From: an uncultured Candidatus Saccharibacteria bacterium
GTDB lineage: Bacteria; Patescibacteriota; Saccharimonadia; Saccharimonadales; CAZLTB01
Assembly (NCBI GenBank): GCA_964562505.1
Contig: CAZLTB010000003.1
Span: 1 to 56,680 of the forward strand
Reading direction: 5' to 3'
Length of the DNA stretch: 56,680 bases
Position numbers and translations under genes: made by a program. Position 1 is the stretch's first letter, and the number at the start of each line of letters is the position of its first letter. Below the pieces are notes generated by a model that did no database searches, had not been told where the DNA came from, and saw only the letters and a list, made by a program, of their open reading frames with translations. Positions 26,026 to 34,909 of this stretch are shown here, piece after piece.

Positions 26026-27696
26026 ATGGTTGATAGCAAAAAAGACACTATTTATATAGACGTTGACGATGAGATAACAGGAATCATTGACAAAGTCCGT
26101 TCATCAAAAGAGAAAATCGTCGCTTTAGTGCTACCTAAACGTGCCACTGTATTCCACAGTATAGTGAATATGAAGCTACTGAAACGCACAGCTGAAGATA
26201 CCAAAAAACGCGTAGTGCTCATCACTTCAGAAACAGGAGTTCTGCCATTAGCAGGCGCGGTAGGTCTCCATGTCGCCAAAACTTTGCAGAGCCAGCCTGC
26301 AGTGCCATCCGCACCAACAACAGCTGAAAAACCTGTGGATGTCTCGGAAAGTGATGCTAGTGACGCGCCTCTTGATAAATCTGCACCAGTCGGTGCCTTA
26401 GCCGGTCTGCCACCGAATGATGAAGATGAAACCATAGAAGTGGATAATGCCGAAGATACTACCAAAGCAGCTACGACAGCTAAAGCCGCCAAGAAAAATA
26501 AAAAGCTACGCATTCCTAACTTTGACAAATTTCGTGTGCGACTTTTCTTAGGCGCAGCTGCACTTGTTCTCCTCATTGTTGGTTGGATTTTTGCGGTTAT
26601 GGTTCTGCCAAAAGCCAAGATAACAATCAAGACCGACAGCACGGATGTGAACAGTAATTTGACTTACACAGCCAGCCCAAAGGCGAAAGAGCTTCAAAAG
26701 GATACTGGCATTGTTCCGGCTGAGACAAAAACCCTAAACAAAACTGATGCTACCCAAGTACCAGCCACTGGACAAAAGGATAACGGGACCAAAGCGTCAG
26801 GAACGGTGACTATTACAAATTGCACAAGTACTCCGGTGACTATTCCTGCCGGCACCGGTATAACGAGTGGCGGGCTGACATTCATTATTCAGCAAGCGGT
26901 TAGTGTAAGCGACGGTAATTTCAGTAGTGGTGGAGTCTGTAAGACGTCTGGTACCCATGTTGGTTCTTCTCCGGTTGTGGCCCAAGCCAACGGCGATAAA
27001 TACAACCTAAGTGCCCGTTCTTATCAGATCAACGGAGTTAGTGGTGATGTAAGAGCTGCTGGAAGTGATATGTCAGGTGGGACTAGTAAGATTGTGAAAA
27101 TCGTCAGCCAAGCAGACGTCGATGGCGCTAAACAAAAAATCCTGGATCAAAATGGTCCTCCCGCTAAGGACGAACTGATTAAGCAGCTCACTGCTGACGG
27201 CTTTATACCTATGTCTGACACATTCGCTAGTGCCAACCCAGTAGTAACAGCTTCTCCCAATGTTGGTGCAGAAGGTGACCAAGTGAGCGTCAATGTCACC
27301 GTTAACTACACGATGCTAGGGGTCAAAAAAGATTCAGTTAAACAATTGCTAGAAGATGATATTAAGCATCACATCGATACTGCCAAGCAATCTATTTTGG
27401 ATAATGGGCTGGATAAGGCTAGTTTCCAGGTAGTCGACAAGCCCCCTAGCGGCGATGTTAAGATTGCGATGCAAACTACAGCTACGGCTGGAGTGGCCCA
27501 AGATAAGGATGCTATAAAACGCGCAGTTGCCGGCAAGAAAAAGGGCGACGTTAAAACTATTCTGCAGGATAGACCGGGTGTTAAGGACGTAACCGTCAAC
27601 TTTAGCCCGTTCTGGGTTTCAAGAACACCAAAAAAATTGAGCCGCATTACCGTCGTTTTTGAGCAGAGTAACAACAATGCAAACGGCAATCCATAA
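26026..27696 (+). CDS. Bitopic membrane protein of unknown function: ~90-aa N-terminal cytoplasmic domain, acidic linker, one TM, ~360-aa T/S/V/G-rich external domain
   Basis: 556 aa. It starts 2 nt after the ftsA-like stop. The TM is LFLGAAALVLLIVGWIFAVMVLP. The external domain contains ASGTVTITNCTSTPVTIPAGTGITSGGLTF. Confidence 0.6.
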   Translation: MVDSKKDTIYIDVDDEITGIIDKVRSSKEKIVALVLPKRATVFHSIVNMKLLKRTAEDTKKRVVLITSETGVLPLAGAVGLHVAKTLQSQPAVPSAPTTAEKPVDVSESDASDAPLDKSAPVGALAGLPPNDEDETIEVDNAEDTTKAATTAKAAKKNKKLRIPNFDKFRVRLFLGAAALVLLIVGWIFAVMVLPKAKITIKTDSTDVNSNLTYTASPKAKELQKDTGIVPAETKTLNKTDATQVPATGQKDNGTKASGTVTITNCTSTPVTIPAGTGITSGGLTFIIQQAVSVSDGNFSSGGVCKTSGTHVGSSPVVAQANGDKYNLSARSYQINGVSGDVRAAGSDMSGGTSKIVKIVSQADVDGAKQKILDQNGPPAKDELIKQLTADGFIPMSDTFASANPVVTASPNVGAEGDQVSVNVTVNYTMLGVKKDSVKQLLEDDIKHHIDTAKQSILDNGLDKASFQVVDKPPSGDVKIAMQTTATAGVAQDKDAIKRAVAGKKKGDVKTILQDRPGVKDVTVNFSPFWVSRTPKKLSRITVVFEQSNNNANGNP

Positions 27697-28102
27697 CATA
27701 TTAGCGCTTGATGTTGGTGAAAAACGCGTAGGAGTTGCGATTAGTAATTCCGAGGCTCGGCTACCGAAGCCACTAACGACTCTTAATCATGATGAATCTT
27801 TATGGCCACGTCTAAGAGAATTGATCGAGGAGGAAAATGTTAAATTAATTGTGGTTGGTTTGCCGCGTAGCCTGAATGGAGGCGAAACTAAGCAAACTGA
27901 GTACGTCCGCTCTTTTGCTAAAACTTTAGCTAACGGCACAGAGCTACCTATCCAATTTCAAGATGAAGCTTTAACAAGCGTTCATGCCACGACTGAACTT
28001 AATAAATCCAAGAAGCCGTATGCAAAATCGAATGTAGACGCTCTGGCTGCTACATATATTCTGAGCGATTTTCTAGGTGAGCAAGTAAGAGATGTCAAAT
28101 GA
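27677..28102 (+). CDS. ruvX: Holliday-junction resolvase-like nuclease RuvX/YqgF
   Basis: It has ILALDVGEKRVGVAIS and LIVVGLPRSLNGGE. The start is set at MQTAIHN, which overlaps the upstream gene by 20 nt. Confidence 0.85.
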   Translation: MQTAIHNILALDVGEKRVGVAISNSEARLPKPLTTLNHDESLWPRLRELIEEENVKLIVVGLPRSLNGGETKQTEYVRSFAKTLANGTELPIQFQDEALTSVHATTELNKSKKPYAKSNVDALAATYILSDFLGEQVRDVK

Positions 28103-29151
28103 CCAAGATTTCTATTCGTATACCTAAAAAACGATGGACTAAAATCCTAGCTATTTTTATTATTGTCGGGCTTGTATTTGGTGGTAGCGTGTTGGCTGTA
28201 CGAAAAGTCTACGATGCCAACTTGCGACCTGTCAGCACTTCACCCAAGAGCCAACTGGTCACAATACCTCTAGGTGCCTCCACTTCCGAAATAGCAACCA
28301 TACTAAAACAGGCACACTTGATCCGAACATCTTGGGCATTTGAATGGTATATCCGGAACCAAAACTTAAGGGATAGCTTACTAGCGGGCACATATAGCTT
28401 GCGACCTAGTCTAAGTACTCCGGAAATTGCCAGCGTTATTACGCATGGTAAGGTTGCGACCGACTTGGTAACAATCTTGCCAGCCCAGAGATTGGACCAA
28501 ATCAAGGAAGCTTTCATTAACAAGTATGGCTTCAGCCCACAGGATGTAGACGCAGCCTTTAATCCAGCTAATTACGCCGATCATCCAGCTCTGGTAGACA
28601 AACCGGCAGGGGCTAGCTTAGAAGGTTTTTTGTACCCGGAATCTTTTCAGAAAACTGCCGACACCAAACCGTCAACTATTGTGCGCCAATCTCTCGACGA
28701 GATGCAGAAACATTTACCACCTGATATAAGAGCAGCCATTACTGGACAAGGATTGAGTGTCTACCAAGGCATTGTTCTGGCATCCATGGTTGAAAGAGAG
28801 GGCAGTAAACAGGATGACAGAGCTAAAATTGCTCAAGTTTTCTTAAAACGGCTTCGTGAAGACATGGTGCTTGGCTCTGACGTAACTGCTATATACGGGG
28901 CGATTAAAGACGATAAAGCGCCATCTGTGACCTATGATTCGGCTTACAACACCCATTTACATAAAGGGTTGCCGCCAGGACCTATCAGCAATGTTAGCAG
29001 CAGCTCACTGCAAGCTGTGGCCCATCCGGCCACTACCGATTATCTATATTTTGTCGCTGGTGATGATGGGGTAGTCTACTTCTCTCACACCTTTGAAGAA
29101 CATCAAGCTCTTATCAGAGAACACTGTAAGAAGCTTTGTCCTAATCAATGA
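28099..29151 (+). CDS. mltG: Endolytic murein transglycosylase MltG (YceG family)
   Basis: It has an N-terminal TM, and also LASMVEREG and AYNTHLHKGLPPGPISN. An ATGA overlap links it to ruvX. Confidence 0.88.
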   Translation: MTKISIRIPKKRWTKILAIFIIVGLVFGGSVLAVRKVYDANLRPVSTSPKSQLVTIPLGASTSEIATILKQAHLIRTSWAFEWYIRNQNLRDSLLAGTYSLRPSLSTPEIASVITHGKVATDLVTILPAQRLDQIKEAFINKYGFSPQDVDAAFNPANYADHPALVDKPAGASLEGFLYPESFQKTADTKPSTIVRQSLDEMQKHLPPDIRAAITGQGLSVYQGIVLASMVEREGSKQDDRAKIAQVFLKRLREDMVLGSDVTAIYGAIKDDKAPSVTYDSAYNTHLHKGLPPGPISNVSSSSLQAVAHPATTDYLYFVAGDDGVVYFSHTFEEHQALIREHCKKLCPNQ

Positions 29152-29440
29152 AATCTACCCCTGTCACATCTCTATATAACAGGGGTACGCTTATGTTAAA
29201 ATTATTGCTTTTAGACCATCATTTTGCTATCATCAGACTGCAACTTTTCTAGGAAGCCTCACACTTCGTGAAAGCCTACAAAAAAGTTGTCCAATACGCT
29301 GTTTTTTAGATATCAGTCAAGATCGGTCGAACTTTCTTGAAAATATTAAATAAGAACCAGCTATTTGGGGTTGGCACTTTGGGAAGTGCCCGGAGAATCG
29401 TATTCGTACCAATTCAAATGCGCTAAGCCAACGTGTTGGC

Positions 29441-30517
29441 TTGCGCCAGACAAGCAAGGTGTATCGGCGCGTATGGCGCCGCCTTTTGCACAGATCTAGA
29501 AGGCGTGTAATTCGTTACAGCCTGTTAGCTGCTAATCTGATTTTGTTAGTAGCTGTAGTCGGTTTTGTTGTACAAGCCTCACATTCAGACCAGGCAGTCG
29601 CCCAGAATGCAGTATCTCTGGGATCCTCTAACGTGGCTGCAAATCCATTAGACCAATTATCCTCTGCCGATATAGCAGTACATATTGCCAGAATGACCAG
29701 TTTGCCTGAGTCAACTGCAGTTGTTAACCAGGCAGATACGGTGAACAGCGAGCTAGCGCTGTCTTCAACCGATAATAAAGTTATAGATAAGCCGCAAGTA
29801 GTGGCTACGGGCTTGAAGTCGCGCAAGGATATTCAGACTTATACATCAGTTACTGGCGACACGCTTGCCAGTTTAGCGGCTAAATTCGGAGTTACGTCAG
29901 ATAGTATAAAATGGTCAAACAGCCTAAGCAGCGCTAACATTCAGCCCGGTCAGAAACTAGTTATACCACCGGTGAACGGGATAGTTTATACTGTCAAGAC
30001 TGGTGATACTCCCGAGAGCTTAGCTAGGGCCTACAATACGAGTAAAGACGTCATAATCGCCTTTAATGATGCCGAAATAGGCGGTCTTAAGGTTGGTGAA
30101 CAGATAGTAATTCCAGATGGCACTAAAGCTGCTCCTATGTATGTAGCTACCGCACCTTACGGTGGCAGTTTTGCGTGGGGCACATCAGCGATTTACGGAT
30201 ATAATGGCTATGATTTTGGCTGGTGCACCTGGTATGTAGCATCAAAGATTTCTATACCTGCCAACTGGGGTAATGCCAATACCTGGGATAATTATGCAGC
30301 CCGAGGTGGCTGGATAGTAAGTACCACTCCGAAAGCTGGTGCAATTGCCCAAACCGATGCTGGCTGGGCTGGTCACGTCGGTATAGTAGAGGCCGTTTCA
30401 CCAGACGGTAGCATGATCAAGTATTCAGACATGAACGGTTTAGCTGGCTGGGGCCGCGTAGGATACAGTGACTGGGTACCCACTCATTCTCACTTCCAGA
30501 AGTTTATCTATCACTAG
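29441..30517 (+). CDS. Peptidoglycan hydrolase with an Arg-rich signal anchor, two LysM repeats and a C-terminal CHAP domain
   Basis: LysM-like repeats are YTSVTGDTLASLAAKFGV...GQKLVIP and YTVKTGDTPESLARAYNT...GEQIVIP. The CHAP-like region is GWCTWYV...GHVGIVEAV. The start codon is uncertain (TTG at 29441 or GTG at 29459). Confidence 0.8.
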   Translation: MRQTSKVYRRVWRRLLHRSRRRVIRYSLLAANLILLVAVVGFVVQASHSDQAVAQNAVSLGSSNVAANPLDQLSSADIAVHIARMTSLPESTAVVNQADTVNSELALSSTDNKVIDKPQVVATGLKSRKDIQTYTSVTGDTLASLAAKFGVTSDSIKWSNSLSSANIQPGQKLVIPPVNGIVYTVKTGDTPESLARAYNTSKDVIIAFNDAEIGGLKVGEQIVIPDGTKAAPMYVATAPYGGSFAWGTSAIYGYNGYDFGWCTWYVASKISIPANWGNANTWDNYAARGGWIVSTTPKAGAIAQTDAGWAGHVGIVEAVSPDGSMIKYSDMNGLAGWGRVGYSDWVPTHSHFQKFIYH

Positions 30518-30596
30518 AAACTTAACTCGATAGCAACTCCCTTCTAAAATGTGTACCTCTGGACGACAGAGGCTAAGCTCTGTACTCTAGAGGTGT

Positions 30597-31877
30597 ATGT
30601 TTGTTGATAAGGTACAAGTAACAGTTAAAGCCGGCGACGGTGGCGATGGAGCTGTCAGTTTCAGGCGGGATAAGTTTATATCGCGAGGCGGTCCTGACGG
30701 AGGAGATGGTGGCCATGGAGGTGACATTATATTTGTAGCCAGTCGTAATCAGAATACTTTAGCTGCTTTTCGCTATAAGAAAGAACTCAAGGCTGATAAC
30801 GGTAAATCTGGCAGTAAAAGACGCAAACATGGCAGGAGTGGCAGGGATTTAGAAGTCCAAGTACCCGTCGGTACGGTAGTAATTAACGAAAATAGGGAGG
30901 CTCTCGCTGATCTTACCCACGATGAGCAAAAGGCCACTGTTGCGATTGGTGGCCGTGGCGGCTATGGAAATGCTCATTTTGTATCCAGCACAAGACAGGC
31001 CCCAAGAGTAGCCGAAAAAGGTGAAAATGGCGAAGAAGCTAGTCTAATCTTAGAGCTTAAAATGATTGCCGATGTAGGGTTGGTTGGGTTGCCCAATGCT
31101 GGGAAATCAACTCTTCTTAGTGTTGTCAGCAATGCCCGTCCAGAGATTGCAGACTATCCCTTTACAACGCTTACACCAAATCTTGGAGTTGTTGATATAG
31201 ACAAGAAGGACAGTCTTTTATTTGCAGATATTCCAGGCCTAATTGAGGGTGCTAGCCAGGGCAAAGGTCTGGGAGACGAATTTCTGCGTCACATTGAACG
31301 AACTGAAATCCTAGTTCATTTAATTGATATATATCAGAACGATATTGTCGAGGCATATAAAACGATTCAACATGAGCTGAAAGCATACGAAGTTGACCTA
31401 TCGGTTAAACCGCAGATTATTGTTTTGACCAAGATTGACGGGTTGGATGACGATATTGTAAAAGAAAAACAGCTAGAGCTGGCACAGCATTTACCCAAAC
31501 ATACGCCCATTTTTGCGGTGTCCTCTAAAAGCGGTAAAGGAATAAAAGAGCTGTTGTTTAGTGTACTCAAGAAGATCACTACAGCCAGAGATAAACGTTC
31601 GAAGCTTAAAGGTAAGGTTGATGGGGAGCTACCAGTACTTACTTTGCCAGATGAGTATGGTTGGCATGTTGTTAAAACCGAAAATGGCTTTAGGGTGAGC
31701 GGAAAGAAAATTGAACAATTTGCTAAACGCACTGACTTTAAAAATTATCACGGTGTAAACCGACTCCGCGATATTATGAGAAAGACAGGTATTATCCGTG
31801 AGCTGAAGCGTCAGGGCATCGAACCGGATCAGACCATTCAGATAGGAAATGATGAAAAACAGAGTATTAAATACTAG
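30597..31877 (+). CDS. obg: GTPase ObgE/CgtA
   Basis: It has the Obg fold motifs GGDGGDGAVSFRR and GGDGGHGG, and the G-domain motifs GLPNAGKST and DIPGLIEGA. Confidence 0.92.
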   Translation: MFVDKVQVTVKAGDGGDGAVSFRRDKFISRGGPDGGDGGHGGDIIFVASRNQNTLAAFRYKKELKADNGKSGSKRRKHGRSGRDLEVQVPVGTVVINENREALADLTHDEQKATVAIGGRGGYGNAHFVSSTRQAPRVAEKGENGEEASLILELKMIADVGLVGLPNAGKSTLLSVVSNARPEIADYPFTTLTPNLGVVDIDKKDSLLFADIPGLIEGASQGKGLGDEFLRHIERTEILVHLIDIYQNDIVEAYKTIQHELKAYEVDLSVKPQIIVLTKIDGLDDDIVKEKQLELAQHLPKHTPIFAVSSKSGKGIKELLFSVLKKITTARDKRSKLKGKVDGELPVLTLPDEYGWHVVKTENGFRVSGKKIEQFAKRTDFKNYHGVNRLRDIMRKTGIIRELKRQGIEPDQTIQIGNDEKQSIKY

Positions 31878-31879
31878 TT

Positions 31880-33328
31880 ATGGCCGATAGTACCCTCTTC
31901 TTCTACGATCTGGAGACTTCTGGATTTAATCCGCGCGAGGCACGGATTATGCAATTCGGAGGTCAGCGAACTGATATGAACCTCAATCCAATTGGCGAAC
32001 CATATAATTATTTAATTCGCTTAAGCGAGGATGTGCTGCCGGATCCAGACGCAATTTTGGTTACTAAAATAACTCCACAGCAAACTATAAAGGATGGCAT
32101 TTCTGAGGCAGAATTCCTAAAGATATTTCACGAGGAAATCACTCTATTTGGGACGATCTTTGTGGGCTATAACACAGTAAGATTTGATGATGAGTTTATG
32201 CGCTATCTTCATTACCGCAACTTCTACGACCCATATGAATGGCAATGGAGGGACGGACGCAGCCGCTGGGATCTGCTTGACCCGATCCGTATGATGCGCG
32301 CGCTAAGACCTGAAGGCATGAAGTGGCCAGTAGACAGTAGCGGTAAGCAAACTAACCGGCTTGAGCTACTAACTTCTCTTAATGATTTAGAACACACCAA
32401 TGCTCACGATGCTCTCAATGATGTCTATGGTTGTCTGGCGTTGGCCCGCCGCTTCCATTCCTTGCAGCCAAAATTGTTTAACTTTTTGCTTAAAGCGCGT
32501 GATAAAAAGGCTGTTTCTAAAATAGTCATGGCTGATGAGCCCTTCGTCTACACGTCCGGCAAATATTCCTCAGAGCACGAAAAAACGACAGTTGCTTGTT
32601 TACTGGCCCAAAACCCAAAGCGCTCAGGTGTAGTTTTGGTCTATGACTTACGTTATGATCCTGAACTCTTGCTTGATCTAAGCACCCAGGAAATAGTTGA
32701 AGCTTGGCGGCGGCGAAAGGATGAAGAAGGCCTACGCTTGCCTATAAAAACATTACAATTTAACCGATGTCCGGCTGTAGCACCTATAAGTGTGCTTGAT
32801 GAGGCCAGCGAGAAGCGAATACAACTTAGCGCCAAAGAAGCAAAGGCTAATTTCACCAAACTACTTGCTATTAAGGAGAAATTATCTAAGAAAGTTCTTG
32901 AAGCTCTGGAGATCATGGATCAACGCCAACAAACGCAGTTGGTAGCTCATGAAGTTGAGGTTGATAGCCAAATGTACGAGGGCTTTTTTGAAGATGCTGA
33001 TAAGAATCTGATGAGTGTTGTAAGAGCAGCGTCTATTGATGAACTGACATCAGTCGAAGCATCGTTTTCTGACAGCCGTCTAAACGCACTATTGCCTTTA
33101 TACAAAGCTAGAAATTATCCGAAGGCAATGAACGATGAAGATCGCGCCGAGTGGGAGCGTTTTCGAGAGAGAAAGCTTTTGGGTAATGGCACCGCCAGCC
33201 GAATGAGTCGTTTCTTCGGCCGCATAGGGGAAATTGAAACTAAAGATGGCATAACCAATGAGCAACGATATTTATTACAGGAACTTCAGCTCTACGCTCA
33301 AAGTATTATGCCTGGCGAAGGAAGTTGA
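31880..33328 (+). CDS. sbcB: Exodeoxyribonuclease I
   Basis: It has the DEDDh motifs FYDLETSGF, GYN.VRFDDEF and HDALNDV. The size, 482 aa, fits ExoI. Confidence 0.85.
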   Translation: MADSTLFFYDLETSGFNPREARIMQFGGQRTDMNLNPIGEPYNYLIRLSEDVLPDPDAILVTKITPQQTIKDGISEAEFLKIFHEEITLFGTIFVGYNTVRFDDEFMRYLHYRNFYDPYEWQWRDGRSRWDLLDPIRMMRALRPEGMKWPVDSSGKQTNRLELLTSLNDLEHTNAHDALNDVYGCLALARRFHSLQPKLFNFLLKARDKKAVSKIVMADEPFVYTSGKYSSEHEKTTVACLLAQNPKRSGVVLVYDLRYDPELLLDLSTQEIVEAWRRRKDEEGLRLPIKTLQFNRCPAVAPISVLDEASEKRIQLSAKEAKANFTKLLAIKEKLSKKVLEALEIMDQRQQTQLVAHEVEVDSQMYEGFFEDADKNLMSVVRAASIDELTSVEASFSDSRLNALLPLYKARNYPKAMNDEDRAEWERFRERKLLGNGTASRMSRFFGRIGEIETKDGITNEQRYLLQELQLYAQSIMPGEGS

Positions 33329-33497
33329 ATTTTTTGCCCACGAATTTACGTGGGAAATGCAGAAAATTGGGGTGGCGGTGATGAAGTAGACGTAGTTCGG
33401 TGACACAAAGTGACAAGGCTGCTAACAGTAGCACCCAGCTGAAGGTTATTTGAATATGCGTGCCCGGAACTTCCCCGAGAACTATAAACTCTAGCAT
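33306..33497 (-). CDS. Possible small membrane protein (63 aa from MLEFIVLG...)
   Basis: The ORF lies downstream of the PGPGW gene with a weak SD (GGGGA). It overlaps the sbcB 3' end by 23 nt. Support is weak. Confidence 0.25.
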   Translation of the reverse strand: MLEFIVLGEVPGTHIQITFSWVLLLAALSLCVTELRLLHHRHPNFLHFPRKFVGKKFNFLRQA

Positions 33498-33562
33498 GAT
33501 TACATCCCCAAAAGTATTTGGCATAATTATACACTTAATTGTAATACGGTCAAGTATATTAG

Positions 33563-33985
33563 TTAATTCTTACGCTTTTTGCTTCTGATGAATTGTTGAA
33601 TCCGACTTAAACGTCTTCGATTGCTAAGAAAAATTCCAATCCCAATAAATAGAAGTATTACCCCGAGGCTCAGTACAAGGTTATGAGTATAATTATTTAT
33701 CAAATACGCTGCGGTTACTACTAGAGACACCGACAACACATCATAAAATGCCTGCCAAAAGGGGTGCTCGGTAAAAATCCTATTTTGCAAGTTTAGACCA
33801 TATTTTTTTATATGATCCATCCACCTTCTCGCCCATTTGTGGTTTATGGCCAATAGACTCAAGCCGGCTAATAAAAGCGGAATACCACCGGGTCCTGGTA
33901 GCCAACCAAACATAAGCGCCCCTAATATGAGCAGACCACCGGTGATATCTGTGACAATTCTTTTAGGTTTGTGTAGTTGAGTCAT
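33563..33985 (-). CDS. PGPGW-motif small transmembrane protein
   Basis: 140 aa with WLPGPGGIPLLLAGLSLL and four hydrophobic segments. Its start overlaps the pheA stop (ATGA). Confidence 0.6.
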   Translation of the reverse strand: MTQLHKPKRIVTDITGGLLILGALMFGWLPGPGGIPLLLAGLSLLAINHKWARRWMDHIKKYGLNLQNRIFTEHPFWQAFYDVLSVSLVVTAAYLINNYTHNLVLSLGVILLFIGIGIFLSNRRRLSRIQQFIRSKKRKN

Positions 33986-34821
33986 GATTTTAGTCCGTTT
34001 TGGTAACTGCCCAAGATTGTGACTTCACAACCACCTAATTTTAATTCTTGGGAAACGTTGTTCAAGAGTTTGCTATTGGCATCTTCCTCGACATCCACAT
34101 AAAACATGTAGTGCCATGCTTGACCAATGATGGGCCTGGACTGCAGCTTGCTAAGGTTGATACCAGCTTTAGCAAAAACTCCTAATGCCTGATACAAAGA
34201 ACCCGGCCGATGATCGGTAATGAGAACCAGCGAAGATTTGTTGGCTCCACTTACTGTTTCGGGTTGCCGGCTGATTACCACAAAACGGGTGTAGTTTTCG
34301 TGATGTGTTTCAATTTCTTCAGCCAGTATTTCTAGGCCATGAAGCTTGGCAGCAGATCGGCTGGCAATAGCAGCCTTATCGTTTTTATTCCATTTCTTTA
34401 TATCGGCCACGCTTCCGGCAGTGTCGTGATGTTCAAATCTCTCAGCTTTAGGTAATTTAGTATCGAGAAAGTCTTCGCACTGCGCCAGAGCAACAGGGTG
34501 GGAGTGAACTTCTTTAATGTTCTCGATAGTTGCACCTGGCAGGCTAATTAGACACTGGGCTATTCTTAGGTAAACTTCACCAGCAATCCAGGCATGATCT
34601 TCAAGCAACAAATCATAAACTTCGTTAATGGACCCATAGAGGGAATTTTCGATGGCTACTACAGCATAGTCGGCCTTTTTATTTTCAAGCTGTTCGATGG
34701 CTTTGGTAAAAGTTTCGCACGGCAATATATTAATGTCGTCACCGAAAAATTGCCTGGCAGCAATATCATGAAACGAAGCTCGTTCTCCCTGAAGCGCTAT
34801 AAGTTTGCCCATAACAGGCAC
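33982..34821 (-). CDS. pheA: Prephenate dehydratase (PDT plus ACT domain)
   Basis: 279 aa. It has LQGERASFHDIAA, the TRF motif (ENYTRFVVIS) and the ACT region GINLSKLQSRP. GTG start. Confidence 0.85.
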   Translation of the reverse strand: MPVMGKLIALQGERASFHDIAARQFFGDDINILPCETFTKAIEQLENKKADYAVVAIENSLYGSINEVYDLLLEDHAWIAGEVYLRIAQCLISLPGATIENIKEVHSHPVALAQCEDFLDTKLPKAERFEHHDTAGSVADIKKWNKNDKAAIASRSAAKLHGLEILAEEIETHHENYTRFVVISRQPETVSGANKSSLVLITDHRPGSLYQALGVFAKAGINLSKLQSRPIIGQAWHYMFYVDVEEDANSKLLNNVSQELKLGGCEVTILGSYQNGLKS

Positions 34822-34909
34822 AGACTAACATAATCCTCTGTTGTTGGCTAAATATTTAGCCTTCAGGACTGGAATTTTTCTCTGTTTTTTGGTAAAATAG
34901 TTCGACTTT

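Noticed and set aside
26052-26642. 196-aa antisense ORF inside the 556-aa gene. Similar shadow ORFs occur elsewhere, for example 4811..5170, 25273..25638, 36601..37062, 31367..31732, 49874..50233 and 1039..1389.
   Set aside because: They lie wholly inside longer ORFs whose products carry recognisable motifs. They lack SD or promoter signals. Their composition (Ser/Ala/Leu/Arg-rich, low complexity) is typical of antisense frames.
29152-29440. ydaO-type c-di-AMP riboswitch upstream of the cell-wall hydrolase.
   Set aside because: I could not find the paired conserved blocks (ACGGGGA...CCCA / GGGGUGAAUC...CCGA) by eye. It is retained only as an unclassified structured leader.
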